Both the position numbers and the translations under genes were made by a program. This document shows, piece after piece, positions 16,239-29,328 of a stretch of DNA of 64,000 nucleotides. The DNA comes from Escherichia coli (lineage in GTDB: Bacteria; Pseudomonadota; Gammaproteobacteria; Enterobacterales; Enterobacteriaceae). Position 1 is the stretch's first letter. Every line of letters starts with the position of its first letter. A model generated the notes under the pieces. That model worked only from the letters and a program-made list of their open reading frames with translations. It searched no databases and was not told the origin of the DNA. The stretch lies in the NCBI RefSeq assembly GCF_003334355.1, contig NZ_QOWP01000014.1, one strand, 5' to 3'.

Positions 16239-17554
16239 CAACCTAACTCCTTCGCCAGACGGGCAAACTCATTGCCTCGTTGTTCAAAGTTCTTGAACTG
16301 ATCAAGGCTGGCACAGGCTGGGGAGAGCAGAACCATATCGCCCGGCTGAACACGCGGAGCCAGCAAGCGCATCGCCTGTTCCATAGTTTCGGTTTGTTCT
16401 GCCACTTCCGGGCGTAGCGCCGCCAGCTGCGCGCCGTCACGACCGAAACAATACAGACGTACGTTATCGCCATTCAGGTAACGCGCCAGTGGGCTAAAGT
16501 CCGCCGATTTACCATCGCCACCCAGCAACAAATGCAGTGTGCCGTCTACGTGCAGGCCATTCAGCGCCGCTTCCGTACTGCCGACGTTGGTCGCTTTCGA
16601 ATCGTTAATCCAACGTACGCCGTTATGCTCCAGCACAACTTCAAAGCGATGCGGCAGACCAGTGAATGTGGTTAACGCTTTCAGGCTGCTGGCACGCGGT
16701 AACCCTGCAGCATCTGCCAGCGCCAGCGCCGCCAGCGCATTGGTGTAGTTATGCTGCCCGGAAAGTTTCATCTCTTTCACATTCAGCACTTTCTCGCCTT
16801 TAACCCGCAGCCAGGTTTCGCCCTGCTGATGATTCAGGTGATAGTCACCCATGTTGACGCCAAAGCTGACGCAGCGTTCATCCGCACCGCGAATCGGCAT
16901 TGTTAAGGCATCATCAGCATTAACCACGCAAACTTTCGCGTTTTCGTAAATGCGCAGTTTTGCTGCACGATACTGTTGTAAACCAAACGGATAGCGATCC
17001 ATATGATCTTCAGTCACGTTCAGAATGGTCGCTGCTACCGCCTGTAAGCTGGAGGTGGTTTCCAGCTGGAAGCTCGACAGTTCCAGCACGTACAGTTCAC
17101 ACTCATCATCCAGTAGCATCAACGCAGGCAGGCCAATATTGCCACCCACACCAACGTTAACCCCCGCCGCTTTCGCCATTTCACCCACTAGCGTGGTGAC
17201 CGTGCTTTTGCCGTTAGAACCGGTAATCGCCACAATCGGTGCTTGTGCTTCGCGACAGAACAGCTCGATATCGCCAACGATTTCGATTCCGGCATCAGCG
17301 GCAGCGCTTAAGGATGGATGCGCCAGTGCAATACCGGGACTGGCGACAATCAGATCTGCCGCCATCAGCCATTCATCATTCAGACTGCCCGTGTGGCGTT
17401 CTACGGCTTCGGGTAATTTATCCAGGCCTGGCGGTGTCATACGCGTATCCATAACGCGCGGCGTCACACCGCGAGCGAGGAAAAAGTCCACGCAGGAAAG
17501 CCCGGTGAGGCCCAGGCCGATAATGACGACATTTTTACCCTGATAATCAGCCAT
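16238..17554 (-). CDS. murD: UDP-N-acetylmuramoylalanine--D-glutamate ligase
   Basis: 438 aa Mur ligase, GSNGKST motif. Confidence 0.96.
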
Positions 17555-17556
17555 GA

Positions 17557-18639
17557 TTAACGTACCTTCAGCGTTGCCAGACCAATCAGAACCAGCATCA
17601 GCGAAATAATCCAGAAACGCACAATGACGCGCGGTTCCGGCCAGCCTTTCAGTTCATAGTGGTGATGAATCGGTGCCATGCGGAAAATACGTTGTCCGCG
17701 CAGTTTAAAGGAGCCGACCTGCAGGATGACAGAAAGTGTTTCTACCACGAACACGCCCCCCATAATCACCAGCAGGAATTCCTGACGTAGCAGTACGGCG
17801 ATAATGCCTAACGCACCACCTAACGCCAGCGAACCTACATCGCCCATAAAGACCTGCGCCGGATAGGTGTTAAACCACAGGAAGCCCAGTCCTGCCCCGA
17901 CTATCGCGGTACAGACAATAACCAGTTCCCCGGCGTGTCGCAGATACGGTATATGCAAGTAGCTGGCAAAGTTCATATTGCCGGTCGCCCACGCCACCAG
18001 CGCAAAACCACCGGCGACAAATACGGTCGGCATAATTGCCAGGCCGTCGAGACCATCGGTCAGGTTTACCGCGTTGCCAGTACCCACAATGACGAAGTAA
18101 GCCAGCAGAATGTAGAACAGCCCCAGCTGCGGCATCACATCTTTAAAGAATGGGACCACCAGCTGCGTTGCGGGCGTGTCTTTGCCGGCAAGGTACAGGG
18201 CGAAGGCGACACCCAGCGCAATGACCGACATCCAGAAATACTTCCAACGAGCGATCAACCCTTTGGTGTCTTTACGCACCACTTTGCGATAATCATCAAC
18301 AAAGCCAATAACACCGTAACCTACCAGCACCACCAACACGCACCAGACGTACGGATTGGACGGGTAAGCCCACAGCAGTACGGAGATCACAATCGCCGTC
18401 AGGATCATAATCCCGCCCATGGTCGGCGTACCGCGCTTGCTGAAGTGTGATTCAGGACCGTCGTTACGCACCACCTGACCAAAGGAAAGTTTTTGCAAAT
18501 GAGCAATCATACGCGGGCCCATCCACAATGAGATGAACAGCGCGGTCAGCAGGCTGACGATGGCGCGAAACGTCAGATAGGAAAAGACGTTAAAGCCGGA
18601 ATAATATTTGACCAAATGTTCGGCCAGCCAAACTAACAT
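17557..18639 (-). CDS. mraY: Phospho-N-acetylmuramoyl-pentapeptide transferase
   Basis: 360 aa integral membrane protein recognised as MraY. Confidence 0.96.
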
Positions 18640-19991
18640 GTCCCATTCTCCTGTAAAGCGCGTACTACCTCTTCCATGGCGGCACTACGTGAACCCTTAA
18701 CTAAAATCGTAATTACCTGTTGCTCAGCAATCAGTGATTTAAGACGCGTAATTAACGCAGTTTTATCAGCAAAATGTTCGCCAACGCCGCTGGCGGTGCT
18801 GATAGCATGGCTTTGTTTACCCACGCTTAACACGCGGTCAATACCAGCAGCTTTTGCCGCCTCGCCCACCTGTACATGGCAGGCTTCGCTTTCAGCGCCC
18901 AGTTCCGCCATATCGCCCACCACCAGCACGCGGTAGCCCGGCATTTCAGCCAGTACCTGGACTGCTGCAGTCATTGAACCGACATTGGCGTTGTAGGAGT
19001 CGTCGAGCAGCAACTGGTTTTCTGCCAGTTGGATGGGGAACAGACGGCCTGGAACAGCTTTCAGATTTGCCAGCCCCGCTTTGATAGCATCAAGCGTTGC
19101 GCCCACGGACATGGAGAGCGCAGCGGCTGCCAGCGCATTCGCAATATTGTGACGCCCCGGCAACGGCAGCAGAACATCGACGCTACCGGTTGGGGTTTGT
19201 AGGGTAAATTCCGTACCGTGCGAGGTCACATGGATATTGGTGGCGGTGAAATCGCTGTTGGCGGCATTGGGTGAGAAACGCCACACTTTGCGTGAGCCAA
19301 TTACGCTCTGCCAGTTCAGCCAGTCGTTGTTGTCGGCGTTCATAATGGCGATACCGTTTTCCGGCAGGCCGCTAAAGATTTCACCTTTCGCTTTCGCGAC
19401 ACCCGCAAGCGAGCCAAAACCTTCCAGATGCGCCGCTGCCAGGTTGTTGACCAGCGCAGCTTCCGGGCGAGTCAGACTCACAGTCCAGGCTATTTCGCCC
19501 TGATGGTTCGCGCCAAGTTCAATAACTGCGTAATCGTATTCCGGCGTTAAGCGCAACAGCGTCATCGGTACACCGATGTCGTTGTTGAGATTGCCTGCCG
19601 TATAAAGCGTGTTGCCGCACTGGCTTAAAATCGCCGCCGTCATCTCTTTAACGGAGGTTTTGCCGGAGGACCCCGTCAGAGCAACCACGCGCGCCGGAAC
19701 TTGCTGGCGAACCCATGCAGCCAGTTCACCAAACGCCAGACGCGTATCCTTGACGATTAACTGCGGCAGGTCGATGTCCAGCGGACGGCTAACCAGTAGT
19801 GCGCCTGCGCCGCCAGCTTTCGCCTGGTCGGCAAAATCGTGGGCATCAAAACGTTCGCCTTTCAGGGCAACAAACAGGCAGCCCGGCGTCAGTTTTCGGG
19901 TATCAGTGGTTACAGCATCAAGGGTGATATCTGCACCTTGCAGTTCACCGTTGAGAATGTCGGTAAGTTGGCTAAGGGTTACGCTAATCAT
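18633..19991 (-). CDS. murF: UDP-MurNAc-tripeptide--D-alanyl-D-alanine ligase
   Basis: 452 aa Mur ligase, GSSGKTS motif. Confidence 0.96.
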
Positions 19992-21475
19992 GCAATCACC
20001 CCCAGCAGACGCGCCACCGTGACGCGATCGGAGTAGTCCAGACGCTGATTGCCAACAATCTGGTAATCTTCATGGCCTTTGCCCGCGACCAGTACCACAT
20101 CATTCTCTTTAGCCTGCATAACGGCGCAAGTCACCGCTTCAGCACGGCCTTCCATCACTTTGGCATGTCCGGCATCTAACATTCCCGCCAGAATATCGTT
20201 GATGATGGCACGCGGTTCTTCGGTACGCGGGTTATCGTCCGTCACCACCGCCACGTCAGCAAACTCTTCGGCAATTGCGCCCATCAGTGGACGCTTACCT
20301 TTATCGCGATCGCCACCACAGCCAAAGACACACCACAGCTTGCCCGCACAGTGCAGACGCGCCGCCTGTAAGGCTTTTTCCAGTGCATCCGGCGTATGCG
20401 CGTAATCCACCACCACCGTCGGTTTGCCTGGCGCAGTGAACACTTCCATACGTCCGCAAACCGGTTGCAGACGCGCGGCGGTTTTCAGCAGATCAGCCAG
20501 TGGATAGCCGAGTGCCAACAGTGTCGCCAGCGCGAGCAGCAGGTTGCTGACGTTAAAAGCGCCCATCAGATGGCTTTCAATTTCGCCATCGCCCCAACTT
20601 GAGCTAAAGCGAATCGTCGCACCGCTGTCGTGATAGTTCACTTCGGTCGCTTTCAACCAGCGTCCGTGACAGTTCGGATTAATATGATCTTCCATTGATA
20701 CCGCAACCGCGTCCGGCAGTTTTGCCAGCCAGCGGCGGCCCACTTCATCGTCGGCGTTAATAATCGCCTGACCGCAATGATGCTCAGAATAAAGCAGCCA
20801 TTTCGCGGCTTCGTAGTGTTCCATATCACCATGATAATCAAGGTGATCGCGGCTTAAGTTGGTAAAGACCGACGCCGCAAATTTCAATGCCGCCACACGG
20901 TGCTGTACCAGCCCGTGGGAGGAAACTTCCATTGCGCAAAACGTCGCGCCCTGATCCACCAGCCCCGCCAGCTCATGCTGAACATCGACTGCCGAACCGG
21001 TTGTATTTTCTGTCGGGATCACTTTCCCCAGCAGGCCGTTACCAACGGTGCCCATTACCGCGCTGGTTTCGCCAAGCAGTTGGCTCCACTGCGCCAACAG
21101 CTGGGTAGTCGTGGTTTTGCCGTTGGTGCCCGTTACGCCCACGAGACGTAAATTGTCAGAGGGTTCATGGTAAAAGCGGCCCGCCAGTGCAGATAAACGC
21201 TCGTTGAGCTGGCTGAGATAGATGACCGGTACGCCGTGCATTTCACGGATTTCACCATCGGTCGCCTCATCTTTCGCCTCTGCAATAATGGCAGCCACAC
21301 CTTGCGCTATCGCCTGCGGGATATATCGACGCCCGTCCGCCTGATGACCTACTACAGCTACAAAGAGATCGCCCGCCGCAGCCACACGGCTGTCGAGTGT
21401 CATCTCTCGCAGTGCTCGCGAAGGTGCGTCTGGCACCCACGGAGCAAGAAGGTCGCGCAAATTACGATCTGCCAC
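19988..21475 (-). CDS. murE: UDP-MurNAc-L-Ala-D-Glu--meso-diaminopimelate ligase
   Basis: 495 aa Mur ligase, GTNGKTTT motif. Confidence 0.96.
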
Positions 21476-23228
21476 CTGTCCCCTCGCCTTGATTAATCAC
21501 AAATTCATTTTTATCGCCCGTTGTCAGCGCATCCGGCTCGATGTTCATGGTACGCAATACGCCGCCCATGATGGCACCAAAGACCGGCGCGGAAACGGCG
21601 CCGCCGTAGTATTTACCCGCCTGCGGATCGTTGATAACAACAACCAGCGCGAAGCGCGGCTGACTCGCAGGCGCAACGCCTGCGGTATAAGCAATATATT
21701 TATTGATGTAGCGACCGTCCGGCCCGACCTTTTTCGCGGTACCGGTTTTAATGGCGATACGATAGCCTTTAATCGCCGCCTTCACGCCGCCGCCGCCTGG
21801 TAGCGCCACGCTTTCCATCATATGCACCACAGTGCGGACAATGGATTCCGGGAAGACACGTTCACCGGGAACCGGGGGGTCAACTTTGGTAATCGACAGT
21901 GGGCGATAAATGCCGTAGCTGCCGATAGTTGCGTAGACTCGCGCTAACTGTAACGGTGTTACCATTAGCCCGTAGCCGAAAGAGAAGGTGGCCCTCTCTA
22001 TGTCAGACCACCGTTGTTTTTGAGGATATAAGCCACTGCGTTCTCCGACCAACCCCAAATTGGTCGCTTTTCCCAGTCCAAAACGTGAGTAAGTATCTAC
22101 TAACGCTGAGGACGGCATCGCTAACGCCAGCTTGGAAACACCGACGTTACTCGACTTCTGTAATACCCCGGTCAGGGTTAATTCGCTGTAGCGTGCCACG
22201 TCTTTGATTTCGTGGCCGTTAATTCGATAAGGAATGGTATTGAGTACCGAGTTTTCCCGCACCACGCCACGTTGCAACGCGGTCATTACCACCATCGGTT
22301 TAACCGTTGAGCCCGGTTCAAACACGTCGGTGATGGTACGGTTACGCATCGCCTCTTTCGGCGTGCCGCTCAGATTGTTAGGGTTGTATGACGGGCTGTT
22401 AGCCATCGCCAGCACTTCACCGGTGTTGACATCCACCAGCACGGCGCTACCAGATTCAGCCTTGTTAAAGGCCACCGCGTTGTTCAGTTCGCGATAAACC
22501 AGCGCCTGCAGGCGTTCATCAATACTCAGCGCCAGGTTGTGCGCTGCCTGGCTGTCAGTAGAAGAAATATCTTCAATTACGCGACCATAGCGGTCTTTAC
22601 GCACAATGCGCTCACCCGGCTGCCCGGTAAGCCATTTATCGAAACTCTTCTCAACGCCCTCAATCCCTTGACTATCGACGTTAGTAAAGCCGATGAGGTG
22701 AGCAGTCACTTCGCCGGACGGATAGTAACGGCGAGACTCTTCACGCAGATGAATCCCCGGCAGTTTCAGTTTTTTGATGTAGTCCGCCATGTCAGGGTTC
22801 ACCTGACGCGCCAGATAAATAAAGCGCCCTTTCGGGTTGGCGTTAATGCGGGCTGAAAGCTGATCCAGCGGAATATTGAGCGCGTTAGCCAGCGCCTTCC
22901 AGCGGTCACCGACGCTGATACCGCCAGCGTCATGCACTTCTTTCGGGTCAGCCCAAATCGCTTTTACCGGCACGCTCACCGCTAACGGGCGACCAGAACG
23001 GTCAGTAATCATGCCGCGGGAGGTGGAAACTTGCTGAACGCGAAGAGAACGCATGTCGCCCTCTTTCACCAGCATATCCGGGGAGATAACTTGTAACCAC
23101 GCTACGCGTCCGAGCAGAAAAGCCAGCGCCAGGAGAATACAGCCGCATAACAACGCAAAACGCCAACTGATAAAGTTGGCATGTTCTTCCTGACGTTTTG
23201 GTTTCTGCGTTTTCGCCGCTGCTTTCAT
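21462..23228 (-). CDS. ftsI: Peptidoglycan D,D-transpeptidase FtsI (PBP3)
   Basis: 588 aa; transpeptidase motifs STVK, SSN and KTG present. Confidence 0.97.
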
Positions 23229-23243
23229 GCGTCGCGTTTATCC

Positions 23244-23609
23244 TTATTTTTGCACTACGATATTTTCTTGTGACGGATCAACATGCTGCATTTGCAGCTT
23301 TTCCGTGGCGATCCTTTCCACCCGGCTATGGTCGCCGAGCGCATTCTCTTCAAGGATCAGGTTGCGCCATTCAATGTCTAAAGCATCTCGCTCCAGCACC
23401 AGTTGTTCGCGCTGAGCGGTCAGTAAACGGGTATGGTGCGCCGTGGTTACCACAGTCACCGCCGTCAAAATAATGCAAATGAACAGGCAGAGTGGCAGCT
23501 TCCCAAATCGCAAAAGATCGTCACCGATAACACCAGGCAATGCATGGCGCTCGTGGCTTCCCATCGATCCTTTAACTTTGCTTAGAGCTTCTGTCACTCT
23601 GCTGATCAT
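23244..23609 (-). CDS. ftsL: Cell division protein FtsL
   Basis: 121 aa bitopic protein with leucine-zipper-like region; dcw synteny. Confidence 0.93.
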
Positions 23610-24547
23610 GCATTCGTCCTCTCTGCAATACGCAGAACTGAACTACGGGCACGAGGGTTCTCAGCCACCTCTTCTTCGCCCGGCATTAACTTGCCTAGTG
23701 CTCGCAGCTGACGGCCACCCAGTTTTTTGAGCTGCTCTTCAGTCATCGGTAACCCTGCCGGAACTTGCGGACCGCGGCTGTTTTCACGCATAAAACGTTT
23801 CACAATACGGTCTTCCAGCGAGTGGAAGCTGATGATCGAAAGCCGCCCACCCGGGGCCAGCACGTTGAGCGAGCTTTTTAGCGCCTGCTCTATCTCCTCC
23901 AGTTCACTGTTTACCCAAATGCGCACCGCCTGGAAGGTACGGGTCGCGGGATGTTTAAACTTATCTTTCACCGGCGTTGCAGCAGCCACGACTTCCGCCA
24001 GTTCTTTGGTGCGGGTCATCGGCTGTTCGCGGTTACGCTCGACAATGGCGCGGGCAATGCGTTTGGCAAAACGCTCTTCACCATAGGTTTTCAATACCCA
24101 GGCGATATCGGCTTCTTCTGCGGTTTGTAGCCATTCAGCGGCTGACTGCCCACGGGTTGGGTCCATACGCATGTCCAGCGGACCATCGCGCATAAAGGAA
24201 AAGCCGCGCTCAGCATCATCAAGTTGCGGTGAAGAGACGCCAAGATCGAGGAGAATGCCGTCGATCTTGCCGATAAGATCGCGCTCGGCAACGTATTCGC
24301 CCAGCGCGGAAAAAGGTCCGTGGATGATGGAGAAGCGCGGATCATCAATAGTCTTCGCAACGGCGATAGCCTGCGGGTCGCGATCGATCGCCAGCAAACG
24401 CCCCTCTTCGCCAAGCTGCGAGAGGATCAGACGTGAGTGACCACCGCGACCAAAAGTCCCATCAATGTAGATGCCATCAGGACGGATATTGAGGCCATTA
24501 ACGGCTTCATCCAACAGCACCGTAGTATGTTTATAGTTTTCCATCAT
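23606..24547 (-). CDS. rsmH: 16S rRNA m4C1402 methyltransferase RsmH (MraW)
   Basis: 313 aa from [16 protein letters not shown]; SAM-binding GTFGRGGHS; track ORF over-extended upstream by 43 codons. Confidence 0.93.
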
Positions 24548-24548
24548 T

Positions 24549-25007
24549 TTATAGAGACAAGTCCTGCAGTCGCTCCGATAAGTCTCCGGTAGCCAACTGC
24601 TCTGCGTCGATATCTTCCTTGACCTGTTGATGCCAGGTTGTTTCATCCCACAGCTCAAACTTGTTGAACTGTCCAACCAGCATCACTTCTTTTGTCAGCC
24701 CGGCATGTTGCCGCAGTACTGGCGCGATTAACAATCGACCTGCGCCATCCATCTGACATTCGCTGGCATGACCTAACAGTAGGCGCTGCACACGGCGCTC
24801 AACCGGGTTCATGCTCGACAGACGCGATAATTTTTGCTCGATAATTTCCCATTCAGGCAGGGGGTAAAGCAGCAGGCACGGGTGATAAATGTCAATGGTG
24901 CAAACCATTTGACCGGCAGCGTTCTCAAGCAGCTGTTCCCGATAACGGGTAGGCACTGATAAGCGCCCTTTGCTGTCGAGATTGACTAACGTTGCTCCCC
25001 GGAACAT
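24549..25007 (-). CDS. mraZ: Transcriptional regulator MraZ
   Basis: 152 aa from [23 protein letters not shown]; first gene of the dcw cluster. Confidence 0.93.
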
Positions 25008-25026
25008 GCCAGCCTCACCCCTTATT

Positions 25027-25051
25027 CCCACTTTGCCCCACAATTTCCCAC
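25027..25051 (-). promoter_or_regulatory. MraZ operator in Pmra region: three direct GTGGG repeats at 10-bp spacing
   Basis: Minus-strand gtgggaaattgtggggcaaagtggg located 20-44 nt upstream of the mraZ ATG. Confidence 0.6.
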
Positions 25052-25608
25052 TGAAAGGAGTTTACGGAGCTGAGGAAAAGCTTGTCAAGCCAGTCACAAG
25101 GCATACCGAGGTAAAAAACCCGATGTTTACGGCTAATATCAGCGTTGTTTATTTTACGTCCAACGTGCGAAGCAAATTAACGTTATGAATAGCTGTAAGA
25201 AAAAATCCCTCATCGTCATCACTGTTTTAAAATGACTCACTATTTTCCACAGCAAATATAAAGTGTCAGTTTGCGACGCGAGCGGCATTTTAGGACATAT
25301 CTTCCCCGGTTAACAGTCCTTGTTACGTCTGTGTGGCGCTTGATGCCAGCGGGTTTGCGCAAAAGCAAAGAAAAGTGTTTGTTAAATCGGCAATTCATCG
25401 CCGCATGTAACAAAATAATGCAAAAACGCGCTGTCGATATCACTTAATTATTGTGAATTTCAGCTGGTGAGTTAATTAACGGGCGGGTTTAAAAGCATTT
25501 ATCAATAATAGTCAGGAATAGTCTTATTTACTTTAAGCATATTGATGTCCAGTCCCGTACTCTACGCGCCAGAGGGAAATTCACCTGGCGCGTATTTTTG
25601 TTCGCGGC

Positions 25609-26613
25609 TTAGCTACGGCTGAGCACGCCGCGGCGATAGAGATTACGTTTAATGCGCGTTAAACCAGGTTTTGGCTTACGCGGTTCGTCCAGGCTTGCCA
25701 GGACAATCTCCAGCACACGCTCTGCGACATCGCGGTGACGTTGAGCCACTGCCAGCACCGGACACTGTAAGAAGTCGAGCAGTTCGTTATCGCCAAAGGT
25801 GGCAATTGCCAGGTCAGAAGGCAGTTTGCCGTCGCGACGCAGCGTGACATCCATCACTCCTTGCAACAACGCAAACGACGTTGTGAACAGCGCCTGCGGC
25901 ATCGGATGCATTTCCAGCCATTTTTCGAATAACTGGGCAGCCGCCTCCCGCTCATAGCTGTTGGCATACAGGAAATGCACTTCGCGCGGATCATCTTTCC
26001 AGGCAGTACGGAAACCTTGTTCACGCAGGAAGCTGACAGAAAGCTCCGGTAGCGCACCAAGATAAAGCACCGTCTCGGCGGGAAACTTACGTAACTCTTC
26101 CGCCAGCATTTCGGCATCATCCTGATCGGCACCAACCACGCTGGTGAAGTGTTCACGATCGAGGGCGCGGTCCAGCGCGACAATCGGGAACGGGTCGTTA
26201 GCCCAGCGTTGATAAAAAGGATGCTCAGGAGGCAACGACGTCGAAACAATAATGGCATCAACCTGACGCTGTAAAAGGTGCTCAATGCACCGCATTTCGT
26301 TGTCTGGCTGATCTTCTGAGCAGGCAATCAGCAGTTGATAACCCCGTTGCCGCGCCTGGCGTTCAAGATAGTTAGCGATGCGGGTATAGCTGGTGTTCTC
26401 CAGATCGGGGATCACAAGACCAATAGAACGTGTGCGTCCAGCACGAAGCCCAGCTGCCACGGCGTTCGGGTGGTAATTGTGCTCACGCACCACAGCCATG
26501 ACTTTTTCAACGGTTTTGTCGCTCACACGGTATTGCTTCGCTTTGCCGTTAATAACATAGCTTGCAGTGGTCCGCGACACTCCCGCCAGCCGAGCGATTT
26601 CATCCAGTTTCAC
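25609..26613 (-). CDS. cra: Catabolite repressor/activator Cra (FruR), LacI family; GTG start
   Basis: 334 aa, N-terminal [26 protein letters not shown]. Confidence 0.96.
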   Translation of the reverse strand: MKLDEIARLAGVSRTTASYVINGKAKQYRVSDKTVEKVMAVVREHNYHPNAVAAGLRAGRTRSIGLVIPDLENTSYTRIANYLERQARQRGYQLLIACSEDQPDNEMRCIEHLLQRQVDAIIVSTSLPPEHPFYQRWANDPFPIVALDRALDREHFTSVVGADQDDAEMLAEELRKFPAETVLYLGALPELSVSFLREQGFRTAWKDDPREVHFLYANSYEREAAAQLFEKWLEMHPMPQALFTTSFALLQGVMDVTLRRDGKLPSDLAIATFGDNELLDFLQCPVLAVAQRHRDVAERVLEIVLASLDEPRKPKPGLTRIKRNLYRRGVLSRS

Positions 26614-26739
26614 AATTGCCCCTTGCGTAAAATGTAAAAACCATAGCCATTGTACTGGTATGGGTTAAATTCATTAACATCTAAGCGCAGAAAATTAACT
26701 GCGGCAACTGCTTTTATTCCAGGTTCCCACTGATTTCGC

Positions 26740-26767
26740 AAAAAAAGCCCAACGTGACATGTTGGGC
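26740..26767 (-). terminator. Intrinsic terminator of ilvIH
   Basis: Minus-strand hairpin gcccaac/gttgggc followed by a 7-U tract, 26 nt downstream of the ilvH stop. Confidence 0.75.
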
Positions 26768-26792
26768 TGTAAATTGCGCATTGAGATCATTC

Positions 26793-27284
26793 TCAACGCA
26801 TTATTTTATCGCCGCGCGAAAGTCCGACCACACCAGAGCGAGCAACCTCCACAATTTTCGCCACATCGCGAATCGATGCTAAAAATGCATCAAGCTTACC
26901 GCTGGTGCCTGCTAATTGAACGGTATAAAGCGAGGGTGTGACATCGATAATTTGCCCACGGAATATTTCCGTATTACGTTTCACTTCGTCACGCCCGTAA
27001 CCGCTGGCCTGAATTTTCACCAGCATGATTTCCCGCTCAACATGCGCGCCCTGCCCCAACTCACTCACGCGCAAGACATCGACCAGCTTGTGTAATTGCT
27101 TTTCGATCTGCTCAAGTACTTTTTCATCGCCCACGGTCTGGATGGTCATACGCGATAATGTCGGATCGTCGGTTGGCGCAACGGTCAGGCTTTCAATGTT
27201 GTAGCCACGCTGGGAAAAAAGGCCAATCACGCGGGATAACGCGCCTGATTCATTTTCGAGTAAGACTGATAATATCCGGCGCAT
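26793..27284 (-). CDS. ilvH: Acetolactate synthase III small (regulatory) subunit
   Basis: 163 aa from [19 protein letters not shown] (ACT domain). Confidence 0.95.
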
Positions 27285-27286
27285 AA

Positions 27287-29011
27287 TCAGGTTCTCTCCG
27301 TTTTGCTTAACCACATTTCATCCATTCCGCCCCCGCGAATCTGCATCGGGTAGACGTGCTCGCTGCCATCGACGGTAACATCAACAAACACCAGGCGATT
27401 ATTGCGCACCTGTTCCAGCGCCTCGCTAAGTTTGCTTTCCAGCTCATGCGGATGAGAAATCTGGATCCCGACATGCCCATAGGCTTCCGCCAGACGGACG
27501 AAATCGGGTAGCGATTGCATATAAGATTGTGAATGACGGCCGGAATAGATCATGTCTTGCCACTGCTTCACCATCCCCAGATAGCGGTTATTGAGATTCA
27601 CCACCAGTACGGGCAACTCGTATTGCAACGCGGTAGACAGTTCCTGGATGTTCATCTGAATACTGCCGTCGCCAGTGACGCAAACCACGGTTTCTTCTGG
27701 CAACGCCATTTTGACGCCCAGTGCCGCAGGTAAACCAAAACCCATCGTGCCGAGGCCACCGGAATTGATCCAGCGACGCGGTTTGTCGAATGGATAATAA
27801 AGTGCAGCAAACATCTGGTGCTGCCCGACATCGGACGTCACGTAAGCGTCTCCCTTCGTCAACCGCCAAAGAGTCTCGATCACCGCCTGCGGTTTAATCT
27901 TTTCACTGTGAGTGTCATATTTCAGGCACTGACGAGCGCGCCACTGTTCAATTTGCTGCCACCAGTCGCGGATCTCATCCAGCGGTTGATGGGCGGATTC
28001 TTGCGACAAGAGTTCAAGCATTTGTTCGAGGACCTGGCGAGCATCCCCCACAATCGGGATATCCGCAGTCACGGTTTTAGAAATGGAAGTAGGATCAATA
28101 TCGATATGCAGAACAGTGGCATTTGGGCAGTACTTTGCCAGATTGTTCGTCGTTCGGTCATCAAATCGTACCCCGACGGCGAAAATCACATCCGCGTTAT
28201 GCATCGTCATATTGGCTTCGTAGGTACCGTGCATTCCCAGCATGCCCAGTGCCTGACGATGCGTTGCCGGAAACGCCCCCAGCCCCATCAATGAGCAAAC
28301 AACGGGCAGATTCAACGCCTCCACCGTTTCTTTCAACTGCTGATGGCAGCCCGCCGTGATTGCCCCACCGCCTACGTAGACAACCGGTTTTTTTGCCGCT
28401 ACCAGCGTTTGCAGAGCACGCTTAATTTGCCCTTTATGTCCGGTAGTAGTGGGATTGTAAGAACGCATACTGACCGACTCCGGCCAGACATAGGGTAATT
28501 TGTTCGCCGGATTAAGAATATCTTTCGGTAAATCAACGACTACTGGTCCTGGGCGACCACTTGCCGCCAGCCAGAAAGCCTTTTTCAGCACCTGCGGAAT
28601 GTCTTCCGTTTGCTTAACCAGAAAACTGTGTTTAACCACCGGTCGCGAAATCCCCACCATGTCGCACTCCTGAAAGGCATCGTAACCTATCAACGAGGTC
28701 GCTACCTGCCCGGAAAGGACAACTAATGGAATGGAATCCATATAAGCGGTGGCGATGCCAGTAATCGCATTGGTCGCCCCTGGACCCGACGTTACCAGCA
28801 CGACGCCGACTTCCCCGGTCGCGCGCGCCAGGCCATCGGCCATATGCACCGCCGCCTGCTCATGACGAACTAATACATGATCAATACCACCCACGGTATG
28901 CAATGCATCATAAATATCAAGGACTGCGCCTCCGGGATAACCGAATACTTGTTTAACGCCCTGATCGATAAGCGATCGGACGACCATCTCGGCTCCAGAC
29001 AACATCTCCAT
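27287..29011 (-). CDS. ilvI: Acetolactate synthase III large subunit
   Basis: 574 aa from [11 protein letters not shown]; ThDP-binding motifs; track ORF over-extended by 30 codons. Confidence 0.95.
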   Translation of the reverse strand: MEMLSGAEMVVRSLIDQGVKQVFGYPGGAVLDIYDALHTVGGIDHVLVRHEQAAVHMADGLARATGEVGVVLVTSGPGATNAITGIATAYMDSIPLVVLSGQVATSLIGYDAFQECDMVGISRPVVKHSFLVKQTEDIPQVLKKAFWLAASGRPGPVVVDLPKDILNPANKLPYVWPESVSMRSYNPTTTGHKGQIKRALQTLVAAKKPVVYVGGGAITAGCHQQLKETVEALNLPVVCSLMGLGAFPATHRQALGMLGMHGTYEANMTMHNADVIFAVGVRFDDRTTNNLAKYCPNATVLHIDIDPTSISKTVTADIPIVGDARQVLEQMLELLSQESAHQPLDEIRDWWQQIEQWRARQCLKYDTHSEKIKPQAVIETLWRLTKGDAYVTSDVGQHQMFAALYYPFDKPRRWINSGGLGTMGFGLPAALGVKMALPEETVVCVTGDGSIQMNIQELSTALQYELPVLVVNLNNRYLGMVKQWQDMIYSGRHSQSYMQSLPDFVRLAEAYGHVGIQISHPHELESKLSEALEQVRNNRLVFVDVTVDGSEHVYPMQIRGGGMDEMWLSKTERT

Positions 29012-29328
29012 GGCCTGCCTCACTGTTTGACGGAAAAAATGTGTAAAACACATTAACCGTCCGATCTTGCTTAAGCAATTGGCAGCCAGAGACATAAACA
29101 CGGGGTAATAAGAATAAACAGGAGGAAAGGTGAAAAGAAACGATAAAATCCTCCATTACAGAGGATTAAATTGATAATAAATCGGCTGAATCCCACAACT
29201 TACAGCAATTTCTCTATTTTTTTAATTAATCCTAAAATAGAGAGCCCACACATTCAGAATAAAATTCTACATTCAATAAAAAATGCAGAATAAACCAGAC
29301 ATTCATGTCTGACCTATTCTGCAATCAG

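Noticed and set aside
29012-29328. Small ORFs and palindromes in the ilvI upstream / leuO downstream spacer
   Set aside because: AT-rich regulatory DNA (ilvIH promoter region) where short ORFs are expected by chance; there is no ribosome-binding-site or codon-usage support.
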